Below, piece by piece: positions 28,303 through 37,651 of a stretch of DNA of 40,312 nucleotides. Under the pieces are notes generated by a model, which ran no database searches, had not been told where the DNA came from, and was given only the letters and a program-made list of their open reading frames with translations. Source of the stretch: Candidatus Aenigmatarchaeota archaeon (lineage in GTDB: Archaea; Aenigmatarchaeota; Aenigmatarchaeia; QMZP01); assembly GCA_030615165.1 (NCBI GenBank), contig JAUWZW010000002.1, positions 1 through 40,312 of the forward strand. Direction: 5' to 3'. Each line of letters starts with the position of its first letter. Position 1 is the first letter of the stretch. The position numbers were made by a program, and so were the translations under genes.

Positions 28303-28986
28303 ATGAGAAGGCTTTCCGGTCAGGTGCAACCGATATCGCTTGTCATAATAAGCGGCATAGTTATCGGACTTATTGGTGTGGCCTATTTCTGGGGTATACC
28401 ATTGATAGAGAAGAGGGCAACAATAACAGAAATCACATCAGCAGAGAAGTTCGTATCAGATCTGAATAAAAGGATAAAAGACCTTGTGAAAACAGGGGCA
28501 GGCAAGGTTGAGATAGATATACCGGAAAACCTTATTAAACTGGTCCCCAACTCCTCTACCAACCCTGACAGCAATTCCATTATCATGGAATTTTTTGTTG
28601 ATCAGCCCATGATATACCCGAACGCAACTGTATACATAGATGCTGTCAGTTGCGAGGACATTGGAGAAAGTCCCACACACATGGAAAATTTCACAACATG
28701 CATAGGTATGCACGGCACGGCTTCTCCAGAGATAATATCCCTAAGAGAGACGGAAGATGAGTATACGAGAAAATACCTGATGAGGCTGAAGCTGCACTAC
28801 AGGGAATTGGACACATTAGATAAGGGTTATAAGATAGTATTGTGTCCGACAGTGCTAGGCTGTACAACAGAAGCTACAGGAAACAGCAGGATAACGTTAA
28901 CCTTTGAAAAGAATGTTATTCTTTCTGGTGCAGCAGCAAACGGAGGAGACCTTGTTGCAACATACATTAATGTAGACCTGATTTAA
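28303..28986 (+). CDS. Class III signal peptide protein (minor pilin-like)
   Basis: RRLSG/QVQPISLVIISGIVIGLIGVAYFWG N-terminus. Confidence 0.75.
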   Translation: MRRLSGQVQPISLVIISGIVIGLIGVAYFWGIPLIEKRATITEITSAEKFVSDLNKRIKDLVKTGAGKVEIDIPENLIKLVPNSSTNPDSNSIIMEFFVDQPMIYPNATVYIDAVSCEDIGESPTHMENFTTCIGMHGTASPEIISLRETEDEYTRKYLMRLKLHYRELDTLDKGYKIVLCPTVLGCTTEATGNSRITLTFEKNVILSGAAANGGDLVATYINVDLI

Positions 28987-29029
28987 TTACCGTTTTAAAT
29001 TAATAACTGCAGGACTCCAATATATTTGT

Positions 29030-29464
29030 ATGACAAAAAACAGAAGAATGAAGGCACAGTCCCTAGTTTTTGAACAGGTCATGCTATTTGTAATTGGTAT
29101 TAGTATACTTATTATATGTTTTGCCATTTTCGCAACATACCAGGATTATTTCTTATCCGTTAGTGTTAATGACCAGCTTGAAGAGGTCAGGAATCTGATA
29201 GTATTTAACATATTAAAGCTTTCAGAAAAGGAGGATGAGGTGGAGTCCTCTATCACTTTGCCAATATCAAAGAATGTTGGCAGCGAGGCATATAAAGTAG
29301 AGCTGTCAGAGAATGGATTGAATGTGACATCCCTTGTTTCAGGCGTATCAAAGTTTTCAAATGTCTATGGACTAAATGAATCATTTGAATTTAGCGGGAG
29401 GGCTGTGAGCACAAGTGGAAGGATTATAATTTATAAAACAGGAAAAAGAATTAGATTAATATAG
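29030..29464 (+). CDS. Class III signal peptide protein (minor pilin-like)
   Basis: MKA/QSLVFEQVMLFVIG; I.LP..VG...Y.V motif. Confidence 0.75.
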   Translation: MTKNRRMKAQSLVFEQVMLFVIGISILIICFAIFATYQDYFLSVSVNDQLEEVRNLIVFNILKLSEKEDEVESSITLPISKNVGSEAYKVELSENGLNVTSLVSGVSKFSNVYGLNESFEFSGRAVSTSGRIIIYKTGKRIRLI

Positions 29465-29479
29465 GAGGATTGATTCTAC

Positions 29480-31294
29480 ATGCCAAGGATACCTGAACTG
29501 GAGCCCAAGGCAATAAAGCCGGGAGTATTGCGACCCAAATTAAAGGTTAGCACTAAAGCCATAGTTAATACACTCAGGGCAGGGTACATTCTGAGAAAGA
29601 AGAAGAGAGAGGAAGAGAAAAGAACGTTCTTGGAGGGTCAGTTTTTTCTCCCTCCGGGTGCGCCAATGAGGATGCCACCCGGAGAGGTCAGGATAGAGGC
29701 AGAGAAAATAGAGGTTGAAAAAGCAAAAGGCATAGAAATACCGGTTAAGTTCAAACCAACTGGCGCACCGGTGAGGACTGAAGAGGAGAAGGAGTTCCTC
29801 AGGGAGCTGAATATATTTTATAATTTAATACCCAGGACCCCTAAGAGGGGGGAACTCGTTTATGCCTATGTAAACATAATATGGGACAAGAAGGCAGGGG
29901 AACTTCTGTATAAAGTGAAGGAACCAGCCATTACCCAGGCAGACAAGGAAATAATTGAAAAGGTGAAGAGGGAGCTTGAGGAGAGGCTGGATATAGATTT
30001 CACAAAACTGGGTGAGATAAGGGCTAAAGAGTTGTTAAGGGAGGAGATTACGAAATCATTTTCCCTTATACCTGATTTGGAGTTAGAGGAGAAAAAGAAA
30101 AATATACTGGCCTATTACATAGAAAGGGATGTTATTGGTTTCGGGAAGATAGAGGCCATCATGCAGGACACGAATATAGAGGACATATCCTGCGATGGCG
30201 TGGGGATTACCCTGTATATTTACCACAGAGACCCAAAGCTTGGTTCTATGAAAACCAATATAACGTTTAATGACAAGGATGAACTCAATGCATTTGTTAC
30301 GAAGCTTGCACAGAGGTGCAACAAAACAATATCCATTGCAGAGCCCCTGCTTGAGGGATCCTTGCTTGATGGTTCAAGGGTCCAGGCAACCCTAGGAACG
30401 GATATAGCAAGGCGCGGTTCAAACTTTACGGTCAGAAAATTCACAGAGAAACCGCTGACACCAACCCACATGTTAAGATACAAAACTCTGGACTCGACAC
30501 AGCTTGCATATCTATGGCTTGCGATAGAAAACGGCCAGTCCATTCTGGTGAGTGGAGGAACGGCGACGGGCAAAACATGCTTGCTCAATGCCCTTTCCCT
30601 TTTCATAAGACCAAATATGAAGATAGTTTCGATTGAGGACACCCCTGAGCTCAGGCTGCCGCATACGCACTGGATACCTGAGGTTGCAAGGACACCAATA
30701 TCCATTGAGGGGAAGGTGGGTGAGGTCAGCCTGTTCGATTTGCTGAAATCCTCCCTAAGGCAGAGGCCTGACTACATAGTACTCGGCGAGGTCAGGGGAA
30801 AGGAAGCCTTTGTGTTATTCCAGCAGATGGCTACTGGGCATCCAAGTCTGGCAACAATACACGCAGCAAGCTTTCCACAGTTGGTTGACAGACTGATAAC
30901 ACCTCCAATATCCCTGCCGCCAGCCCTTTTGGAGAACATAAACATAGTGATATTCCTTGTGCTGTCCAGAATGAAGGGAAGTTATGTGAGGAGGGCGGAC
31001 AGCATAATGGAGATTGTCGGGGTCAAAGAGAGCAGACCTGTTACAAAGAAGATTTTTGAATGGAAACCGGTGAGCGACTCTTTTGATATAGTTGAGAAAT
31101 CCGTTATTTTAAGCAGCATTACCAAAAGGCTGGGGGTAACAGAGGACAAGCTTAAAGAAGAGATGGCAAGGAGGAAGAGTGTTTTGGAATGGATGCTGGA
31201 ACAGAATATATTCGATTACAAAGATGTAGCCAGGATTATAAGCACTTATTATAGCAACCCTGAAAGGATTATGGACCTTGTTGAATCAGGCTGA
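29480..31294 (+). CDS. Type IV pilus assembly ATPase (FlaI/TadA/VirB11 family)
   Basis: IEDISCDG, GGTATGKT Walker A, SIEDTPEL, LRQRPDYIVLGEVRG, TGH..TIHA. Confidence 0.95.
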   Translation: MPRIPELEPKAIKPGVLRPKLKVSTKAIVNTLRAGYILRKKKREEEKRTFLEGQFFLPPGAPMRMPPGEVRIEAEKIEVEKAKGIEIPVKFKPTGAPVRTEEEKEFLRELNIFYNLIPRTPKRGELVYAYVNIIWDKKAGELLYKVKEPAITQADKEIIEKVKRELEERLDIDFTKLGEIRAKELLREEITKSFSLIPDLELEEKKKNILAYYIERDVIGFGKIEAIMQDTNIEDISCDGVGITLYIYHRDPKLGSMKTNITFNDKDELNAFVTKLAQRCNKTISIAEPLLEGSLLDGSRVQATLGTDIARRGSNFTVRKFTEKPLTPTHMLRYKTLDSTQLAYLWLAIENGQSILVSGGTATGKTCLLNALSLFIRPNMKIVSIEDTPELRLPHTHWIPEVARTPISIEGKVGEVSLFDLLKSSLRQRPDYIVLGEVRGKEAFVLFQQMATGHPSLATIHAASFPQLVDRLITPPISLPPALLENINIVIFLVLSRMKGSYVRRADSIMEIVGVKESRPVTKKIFEWKPVSDSFDIVEKSVILSSITKRLGVTEDKLKEEMARRKSVLEWMLEQNIFDYKDVARIISTYYSNPERIMDLVESG

Positions 31295-31337
31295 CCCTAT
31301 TGATGCACAAGACTAACCTTTCCGATGAGGAGGTAAT

Positions 31338-32186
31338 ATGTTCAAGAGAGTTGCTGTTAAGCTATTCGGCAGCATAGTTAAAACATATGTGGATTACTTT
31401 GATGCACTCAAAGGAAATCTCAGAAAGGCAAGGATGATGATAACAATCAATGATTACCTTTCATGTTTACTGTTTGCCTCCCTCATTACCTTTATGGTTT
31501 CTGTTATATCTGTTTCCGTTTTTGTGGCGTTCAGCATAATTGATTTTGCCTATTCCTATACACTCGGCATAATAATATCCATCGTGTTCTCAGGGATTGT
31601 ATTCTTTATAGGCTATTACTATCCATCAATAAAGGGAAAAAGCCTTCAGACACAGATAGAGAGGTCATTACCGTTTGCTGTCTCCTACATGGCCACATCA
31701 GCATCCTCTGGTATTAATCCTGTTGAAATATTCAAGATGCTGTCTTTAAAGGGAGGGATACTGGGAGAGGAGGCCAACAGGATATATACTAATGTTGTAA
31801 GCATGGGTATGAACCTGACAGCTGCTATCCAAAGGAGTGCAACCAGGAGCCCTTCACCACAGTTTTCTGACCTCTTGTGGGGAATGGCATCGATTATTAC
31901 AGCAGGAGGGAGCCTTGAGACATACCTTAGAGGAAAATCAAAAACCTTCATGTCACAGTACAGAAGAATGCTGAATGATTATGCAAGGCAGATAACACTT
32001 TACACAGAGATATACATAACCCTGATAATAGTGGGCAGTTTGTTTTTCATAATTCTGATAGCGATAATATCACCTATAACAGGTATGGGTGTGTTGCCCA
32101 TTCAAACATTCCTTGTGTTCCTCCTCATCCCTGCGGTTTCCGCAGGCTTTATAGTCCTGTTAAAGGGTATATCGCCCATGGAGTAA
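31338..32186 (+). CDS. Type II secretion system F domain membrane platform protein (TadC-like)
   Basis: IERSLPFAVSYMA, RSPSPQF, TM helices; follows the ATPase. Confidence 0.9.
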   Translation: MFKRVAVKLFGSIVKTYVDYFDALKGNLRKARMMITINDYLSCLLFASLITFMVSVISVSVFVAFSIIDFAYSYTLGIIISIVFSGIVFFIGYYYPSIKGKSLQTQIERSLPFAVSYMATSASSGINPVEIFKMLSLKGGILGEEANRIYTNVVSMGMNLTAAIQRSATRSPSPQFSDLLWGMASIITAGGSLETYLRGKSKTFMSQYRRMLNDYARQITLYTEIYITLIIVGSLFFIILIAIISPITGMGVLPIQTFLVFLLIPAVSAGFIVLLKGISPME

Positions 32187-32192
32187 AAGAGC

Positions 32193-33119
32193 ATGATAGA
32201 ACTCAATACAAAACAAAAGATAATCACGGTTTCATTAGCAGTCAGCATTGTATTGATAGTAACAGGTTTAATGCTGGGGGACCCTGCTGTCCTCGGAAAC
32301 CTTATCATAATGGCATCCTTTACCTTTGTCGTCCCATTCTTCCTATACAAATATTCCCGTTTCATGTGGCTGAAATCTCTGGAGTCCCAGTTTCCGAATT
32401 TTGTAAGGGATTTGGCTGATGCAAAGCGTTCCGGCATGTCATTCAGGGAGGCAATAAACATAACGGCAAAAACAAGCTACGGAAAGCTATCCGTAGAGAT
32501 TGAAGAAATGAAAAACAGGATGTCCTGGGGAACACCTTTCATAAGGGTTTTGGATATATTTGGTAAAAAGGTAAAGGATTCAAAGATAATAACAGAGGCC
32601 CTGTATATAATAAAGGAATCGCACAAATCCGGGGGGAAGGTTGCAGACACACTGAATTCTATTGCAAATGACATCATCATGCTGAAGGAGGCAGAAGCCG
32701 AAAGGGGCTCCATGGTAAAACAACATGTAGTCATAATGTATGGCATATTTTTCATGTTCCTCGGCGTATCCGTAATGATAATATCCGTAATGGTTCCAAT
32801 GATAAAGACACAGCCCACATTTGGAGAAGGAGGACCCCTGAGCCTTCAATTCTCAGACCCCTGTAAAGATTTAGGGGGCTTCCCCTGCGGATTATTTTCT
32901 GCTATATGTTCCATCTTCACTGTACCGAAGGGCATTGGCTGCTATTACATAGCACTGTTCTTCTCTGTCGTTATGATACAGGGTCTTTTTACAGGTCTCA
33001 TTGCCGGGCAGCTTGGTGAAAATAGTGTGATAGCAGGCTCAAAACACTCCCTGATAATGATTTTCTCAGCCCTCGGCTTGTTTTTGTTCCTAGCGAAGAC
33101 GGGCATTTTACCCTATTGA
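32193..33119 (+). CDS. Type II secretion system F domain membrane platform protein (TadB/FlaJ-like)
   Basis: FPNFVRDLAD..RSG, YGKL, SGG, QGLFTGLIAGQLGE...GSKH. Confidence 0.9.
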   Translation: MIELNTKQKIITVSLAVSIVLIVTGLMLGDPAVLGNLIIMASFTFVVPFFLYKYSRFMWLKSLESQFPNFVRDLADAKRSGMSFREAINITAKTSYGKLSVEIEEMKNRMSWGTPFIRVLDIFGKKVKDSKIITEALYIIKESHKSGGKVADTLNSIANDIIMLKEAEAERGSMVKQHVVIMYGIFFMFLGVSVMIISVMVPMIKTQPTFGEGGPLSLQFSDPCKDLGGFPCGLFSAICSIFTVPKGIGCYYIALFFSVVMIQGLFTGLIAGQLGENSVIAGSKHSLIMIFSALGLFLFLAKTGILPY

Positions 33120-33187
33120 GATTATTATCAATCAGCAACGGTCTATTTAATTTAAATGAATTATATTTTACATAGGTGGGTGTCTAT

Positions 33188-33811
33188 ATGGAAATGGAGT
33201 TTCCAAGGCAATTGGTTCATCTCTCAGGTCTCCTGTTTATCATCCTTGCCCAGTTTGTGGGTGGATTGCTGACAGCCTTTTACTTCTTCATGATAGCGCT
33301 GTCCTTCTTCATATATTCGGAATATATAAGGAGGGAGGAGAAGAGGCTCGAGGGTTTCATAAAAGTGTTTGAGTCAAGGTTCAGAAATTTCATAACAAGG
33401 CTTGAGAGAAAGAGCATGGTAAGACCGTTTACAGGTGCTATATGGTTCTATCTTTCCTGCGGTCTGGCCTTCCTTATTTTCCCGTTACCCATAGCCTCGG
33501 CAGCGGGTGCAATGCTTGCTATTGGTGATTCCCTCTCCACGATAATTGGTATGAAATTCGGCAAACACAGAATTCTCGGGAACAAAACCGTAGAAGGCTC
33601 AATAACACTCATAGTAACATCTTTCCTTGTCTCCCTGATTTTTGTCAACCCATATCCAGCATTTTTCGGCTCAATAACAGCAGCAATGGCAGAACTGATT
33701 CCAGATATAAAAAGATTAAAGAATCTTAAAGAAAGGGGATGGCTGGATGACAACCTGCTTATCCCTCTCATGGCAGGGCTGGTTATGTATATGATTGCAG
33801 GGCTTGTATAA
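33188..33811 (+). CDS. SEC59/DGK1/VTE5 family CTP-dependent isoprenoid (dolichol/phytol) kinase
   Basis: RQLVHL, IGDSLSTIIG..FG, KTVEGS, DDNLLIP. Confidence 0.88.
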   Translation: MEMEFPRQLVHLSGLLFIILAQFVGGLLTAFYFFMIALSFFIYSEYIRREEKRLEGFIKVFESRFRNFITRLERKSMVRPFTGAIWFYLSCGLAFLIFPLPIASAAGAMLAIGDSLSTIIGMKFGKHRILGNKTVEGSITLIVTSFLVSLIFVNPYPAFFGSITAAMAELIPDIKRLKNLKERGWLDDNLLIPLMAGLVMYMIAGLV

Positions 33812-33925
33812 CACCTGTAGCGAAACAGAGGGTTGGCGAAGAGTTAAATCTGAGCAGCCAAAAGTTATTTCGGCTTCAAAATCGTGTAAGATTATAAAGG
33901 TCGCTCAAAATCCGATTTCATTTGG

Positions 33926-34507
33926 CTACGCCTTTTCAGATGCCTCAATCTCAATCAGACCCAGGGTGAGAAGCCTTTTGAGTCCCTCTTTAAACCCTTC
34001 CTCATTCTCTGCAAACTTGTCCTTCAAGTCCTTGAATGACGGATTTCTCTCTGCTTCTTTGAGTATGCTAGCAGTCAAATCACTGAACTTGAAGGGGACA
34101 GATTCCAGGGAGGCATAGATACCCTTTTTGTCTCCATCCTTGAAATCAACAAGGTCAGAGCCCTTAAATTTAACCACATGCCCTGGTTTTATACTACTCG
34201 TTTTGGGCTCATTCAGGACAAAGTCAAACCTTAGCACATTCGGGACAAGCCTGTAGATCTTTAACGGCCTGTCATCTATAGAAACTGTCTTCCATTTTGC
34301 AGTCACTATGTTGAATTTTCTTAGCTCCTGGAGACATCTAGAAGCAGTTGATGGGGATATGTTTACCCCCCTTGCTATCTGACTTGGGGGACTCGGACCG
34401 TTTTCCTTCAGGAAATTCACGATGTTTTTGATGGTGAGATTTGAAAGCAAATGCAGTGCCTTAATTGCATCTTCGCTCTTCTGGACTATGACCTTCACGG
34501 CAACCAC
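33926..34507 (-). CDS. ArsR-like winged-HTH regulator with a second C-terminal domain
   Basis: SQIARGVNISPSTASRCLQEL HTH plus wing; C-terminal beta-strand/three-helix domain ending LLTLGLIE. Confidence 0.8.
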   Translation of the reverse strand: MVAVKVIVQKSEDAIKALHLLSNLTIKNIVNFLKENGPSPPSQIARGVNISPSTASRCLQELRKFNIVTAKWKTVSIDDRPLKIYRLVPNVLRFDFVLNEPKTSSIKPGHVVKFKGSDLVDFKDGDKKGIYASLESVPFKFSDLTASILKEAERNPSFKDLKDKFAENEEGFKEGLKRLLTLGLIEIEASEKA

Positions 34508-34529
34508 TTAAAGAAATACATTTTTCTTA

Positions 34530-34645
34530 TATATAAACTTTTCTCTTAAGAGAAACATATGTTGTGAATTAAAACACTATTTCCGTTAAATAGTATATAT
34601 TTTAATTTTCAGGAACTATTTGTTTCCGAAAAAAACATACTATTT
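34530..34645. promoter_or_regulatory. Divergent promoter region with candidate operators
   Basis: Perfect palindrome tttctcttaagagaaa (34540-34555) next to a minus-strand TATA (34530-34537). IR actattt-N5-aaatagt (34576-34594) and extra actattt half sites at 34615 and 34639. Confidence 0.5.
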
Positions 34646-34712
34646 CGAAAAACGATGGTCTTTTTAAATACCAATACCATTTTCTCCTATCTGGAGTGGT
34701 GCGGGGGTTTGA

Positions 34713-35645
34713 ATGGCGAATAACAACAACAGTTTGTGCATAATCGGGCATGAGAAGAGCGAAACAAACCTGAAGCTGTTGGAGGAAGCAAAGAAGAGGT
34801 TTGGCTCTGTCTTCTTTGTCCCAATCGATGGTATTGGTATTGGTCTGAACGAGAAATTTTCCATATCATACAGGGTTTCTGACATACTTAAATTCAAGGC
34901 TGTGTTCCCCAGAATTCCGAGGCAGTTCTGCTCCTATGCATATCAGCTTCTTTCCCTGTTCCCGGAGGACACATACATGCCCATAAAACCAATCTCCCTC
35001 CTCCTTGCCGATGAGAGATTCTTTCTTCTGACTGTTTTGAGAAAGAGGGGGATATCCACGCTAAACCTCCACCTTACAAGGTCCTCAAAGGCAGCGTACA
35101 GGATTATTGAGGAGGGCAAATACCCCCTTGTGATAAGGGCCCCTGAAAAGAAGACAGGGGTTGTTGTGAAGAATGCAACAGAGGCAAAGAGTATCATAAA
35201 TGCCTTGGGCAGCCTAGACCAGCCAATAATGATAGAGGATGTTGTAAAGGATATGATCTCTATTTATGTTGCTGAGCCAGATGTTATAGCGTCTGTGAAG
35301 AAAAAGACAAAGGAAAAGGATGTTGTGTTTGCCCATGGCAAGCTGAAGAACCAGAAGATAAACCTGGAGACGCAGCACCTTGCCCTTGATGCTGCAAAGG
35401 CAGTTGAGGCAGGTGTTGCAAGGATTGATATAAGCCTCAATGGAAACCCCAGGGTTATTAATGTGCAATTAGACCCAGACCTCATTGCACCGAGCAAGGC
35501 AACAGGCATCAACATACCCGAGAAAACCATCGCTTCCATCTATGAGAACTACAAGGCACACAGGCAGAAACCAACACTGATGAAGTTCTTCGAGGATGCA
35601 AAATCCATTATGAAGGATGTGCTGAAGACCAAACAGCTCATATAG
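34713..35645 (+). CDS. RimK-like ATP-grasp fold protein, apparently degenerate
   Basis: AVFPRI, YPLVIR, LALDAAKAV..GVARIDI..PRVINV..TGINI follow the RimK layout, but the K-P-x-x-G-x-x-G loop and E-x-N are missing. Confidence 0.7.
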   Translation: MANNNNSLCIIGHEKSETNLKLLEEAKKRFGSVFFVPIDGIGIGLNEKFSISYRVSDILKFKAVFPRIPRQFCSYAYQLLSLFPEDTYMPIKPISLLLADERFFLLTVLRKRGISTLNLHLTRSSKAAYRIIEEGKYPLVIRAPEKKTGVVVKNATEAKSIINALGSLDQPIMIEDVVKDMISIYVAEPDVIASVKKKTKEKDVVFAHGKLKNQKINLETQHLALDAAKAVEAGVARIDISLNGNPRVINVQLDPDLIAPSKATGINIPEKTIASIYENYKAHRQKPTLMKFFEDAKSIMKDVLKTKQLI

Positions 35646-35694
35646 CCCCTTTATAAGCTTTTATGGATTTATAATATAACAAACAGTGTTGCAT

Positions 35695-36528
35695 ATGGTA
35701 ACCATAGAAGGATTTTTTCAATCCCTTTGGACATGGATAGTCTCATTCTTCTCCAACTTCATACCAAATTACATACTGCCTAATCTGCAGCTCATAATCC
35801 AGGTTTTTATCCTCCTTGTTGTAGCCTATGTTGTCGGGAAGATAGGCAAGTTTGTTGTCACAAGGATACTCTCAGCAAGCGGTTTCAAGAGGGTCACCAC
35901 AAGAACATGGGCTGAGAGTGTTTTGAGGGTTACAGGCTACAAGGGCACGATAGTTGGGTTGATAGGTGACCTTGTCAAGTGGTTGATCTACATAGCATTC
36001 CTTGCTGTGATAATAGAAACCATAGGGTTCCCTGGTGTTGCAGACATGTTCACCCAGCTGGCAGTCTTCATGCCGAGGTTTATAGGGGCAATAATCATTG
36101 TTGTGATAGGATTCATAGTTGCGGATTTCTTCGGAAGGGTGTTTGAGGAGGCTGGCAGGAGATTCCTTAAGGAGGATATACTGGCTTCCCTTTCTGGCGG
36201 AATAGTCAAGTATTCCATAGCCATAGTTGTTGTCATAATGGCTCTTTCCTTACTAGGGATAGATTCCACATCATTATTAGTGATGTTCGCGATAATACTC
36301 ATAACCTTTATGGCAGCCATTCTCATAGGCATAAGGGATATATTCCCTTCCTATACAGCGAGCCTTTCCATAAGGCAATCCATCAAAATAGGCGACAGGA
36401 TTAAGATAGGCCAGCATTCAGGCCTTGTTGAAAAGATTGAGCCGCTTTCAATAACGCTGAAGAAGGGCAGAAAAAGGGTGATAATACCCAACTCCATTCT
36501 CATGAAGGAGCCGATTGAAAAGCTCTAG
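35695..36528 (+). CDS. Small-conductance mechanosensitive channel family protein with conserved TM-helix repeats
   Basis: FMPRFIGAIIIVVIG TM_helix repeat; IKIGDRIKIG..GLVEKI...IIPNS MscS beta domain. Confidence 0.85.
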   Translation: MVTIEGFFQSLWTWIVSFFSNFIPNYILPNLQLIIQVFILLVVAYVVGKIGKFVVTRILSASGFKRVTTRTWAESVLRVTGYKGTIVGLIGDLVKWLIYIAFLAVIIETIGFPGVADMFTQLAVFMPRFIGAIIIVVIGFIVADFFGRVFEEAGRRFLKEDILASLSGGIVKYSIAIVVVIMALSLLGIDSTSLLVMFAIILITFMAAILIGIRDIFPSYTASLSIRQSIKIGDRIKIGQHSGLVEKIEPLSITLKKGRKRVIIPNSILMKEPIEKL

Positions 36529-37450
36529 CCCTCTGGTGTTTAACATGGTTTATAATGGATGTTAAAAGTTTTTTGTATAACTTTTTATATACCCCTATAT
36601 TCTTCATATCACCAGGATAAAGACCAGGTCTCGAGTTCAATTCACATACCCATGGTTTGCCGCATTTGTCTACGAGAAAATCTATTGAATAGAACCTTGG
36701 AAGTATTTTACAGAACCTCCTGTCAACACACATAGCAACATGAATAACACTCTTAGATATCTCTTCCCTTTTGAAATATTTTTCAATACCACCCCTTGAT
36801 GTGTTGCTTATAAGTCCCCTTTTGGGTTCCCTTGTGTACTGGTCCACAATCTCACCATTCAATATTGTCAGTCTGAGGTCATGGGTCCCACTCACCAAGC
36901 CCTTTATCCCGGAAGATGTGTCTATAAATTCTTGAATTATATGATTTTTCATGGGTGCGTTAACCGAACCCCTGTTCCTTATGTAAATACCGATACCTTC
37001 AGAACCAAATCTGGGTTTAAGCACAACTTTTTCTGTTTTTATTTTCTTAAGCGCTTCTTCCAGGTCTGACTTCCTTTCTATGGAAAATGTTTTAGGGCTG
37101 TATTTCTTAAAAATCCTTGCACAAAGAAGCTTGTCATCCGCAATTCTGGTTAGGCGCCTGTCATTCAAGACCTTTATACTTGGATCTATTTTACCCACCC
37201 ATTCATAGTTTAAAGTCTTGTTTATTATGAAGTCCAAATCAATGTTTCTCTTAATTGACCATTTCCCCTCATAGTGACATGATCTTCGAAAACCTTGATG
37301 TGTCAGGTCTTTTGGTTGTCCGAAAAAAACATCCGCACCTATATCATTAGCTATTGATGAAAATATCCTGTATACCTTGTCTATTCTGCTCTTTACAAAG
37401 GGATGACCCGAGACTTTGATATTTTTGTATAAGATGCCAATTTTTATCAT
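36500..37450 (-). CDS. ATP-grasp ligase (RimK/YheCD-like)
   Basis: DDK, VLKPRFGSEGIGI, IIQEFI, HDLR, SNTSRGG, SIDF, ELNSRPG. Confidence 0.88.
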   Translation of the reverse strand: MIKIGILYKNIKVSGHPFVKSRIDKVYRIFSSIANDIGADVFFGQPKDLTHQGFRRSCHYEGKWSIKRNIDLDFIINKTLNYEWVGKIDPSIKVLNDRRLTRIADDKLLCARIFKKYSPKTFSIERKSDLEEALKKIKTEKVVLKPRFGSEGIGIYIRNRGSVNAPMKNHIIQEFIDTSSGIKGLVSGTHDLRLTILNGEIVDQYTREPKRGLISNTSRGGIEKYFKREEISKSVIHVAMCVDRRFCKILPRFYSIDFLVDKCGKPWVCELNSRPGLYPGDMKNIGVYKKLYKKLLTSIINHVKHQRARAFQSAPS

Positions 37451-37651
37451 GTTTAAAATTAAATGTAATCATACATAAAGTCCACTCATGTTTTTAATCA
37501 GTAAAACAATATCTATTTGATTTGCACGCCGGGTTCTTTAAGCTCATATATTATGCCTATGGTCAGCATGTGTTATTCTTTGTTTTGGAATGCATAAAAC
37601 TATTATTGAGCTTTTATACTTTTTGCACCAACCATATATATCGGTGAAACT

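Noticed and set aside
33812-33925. Weak hairpins between convergent genes
   Set aside because: Imperfect stems with no second copy; cannot be distinguished from terminator-region or chance structure.
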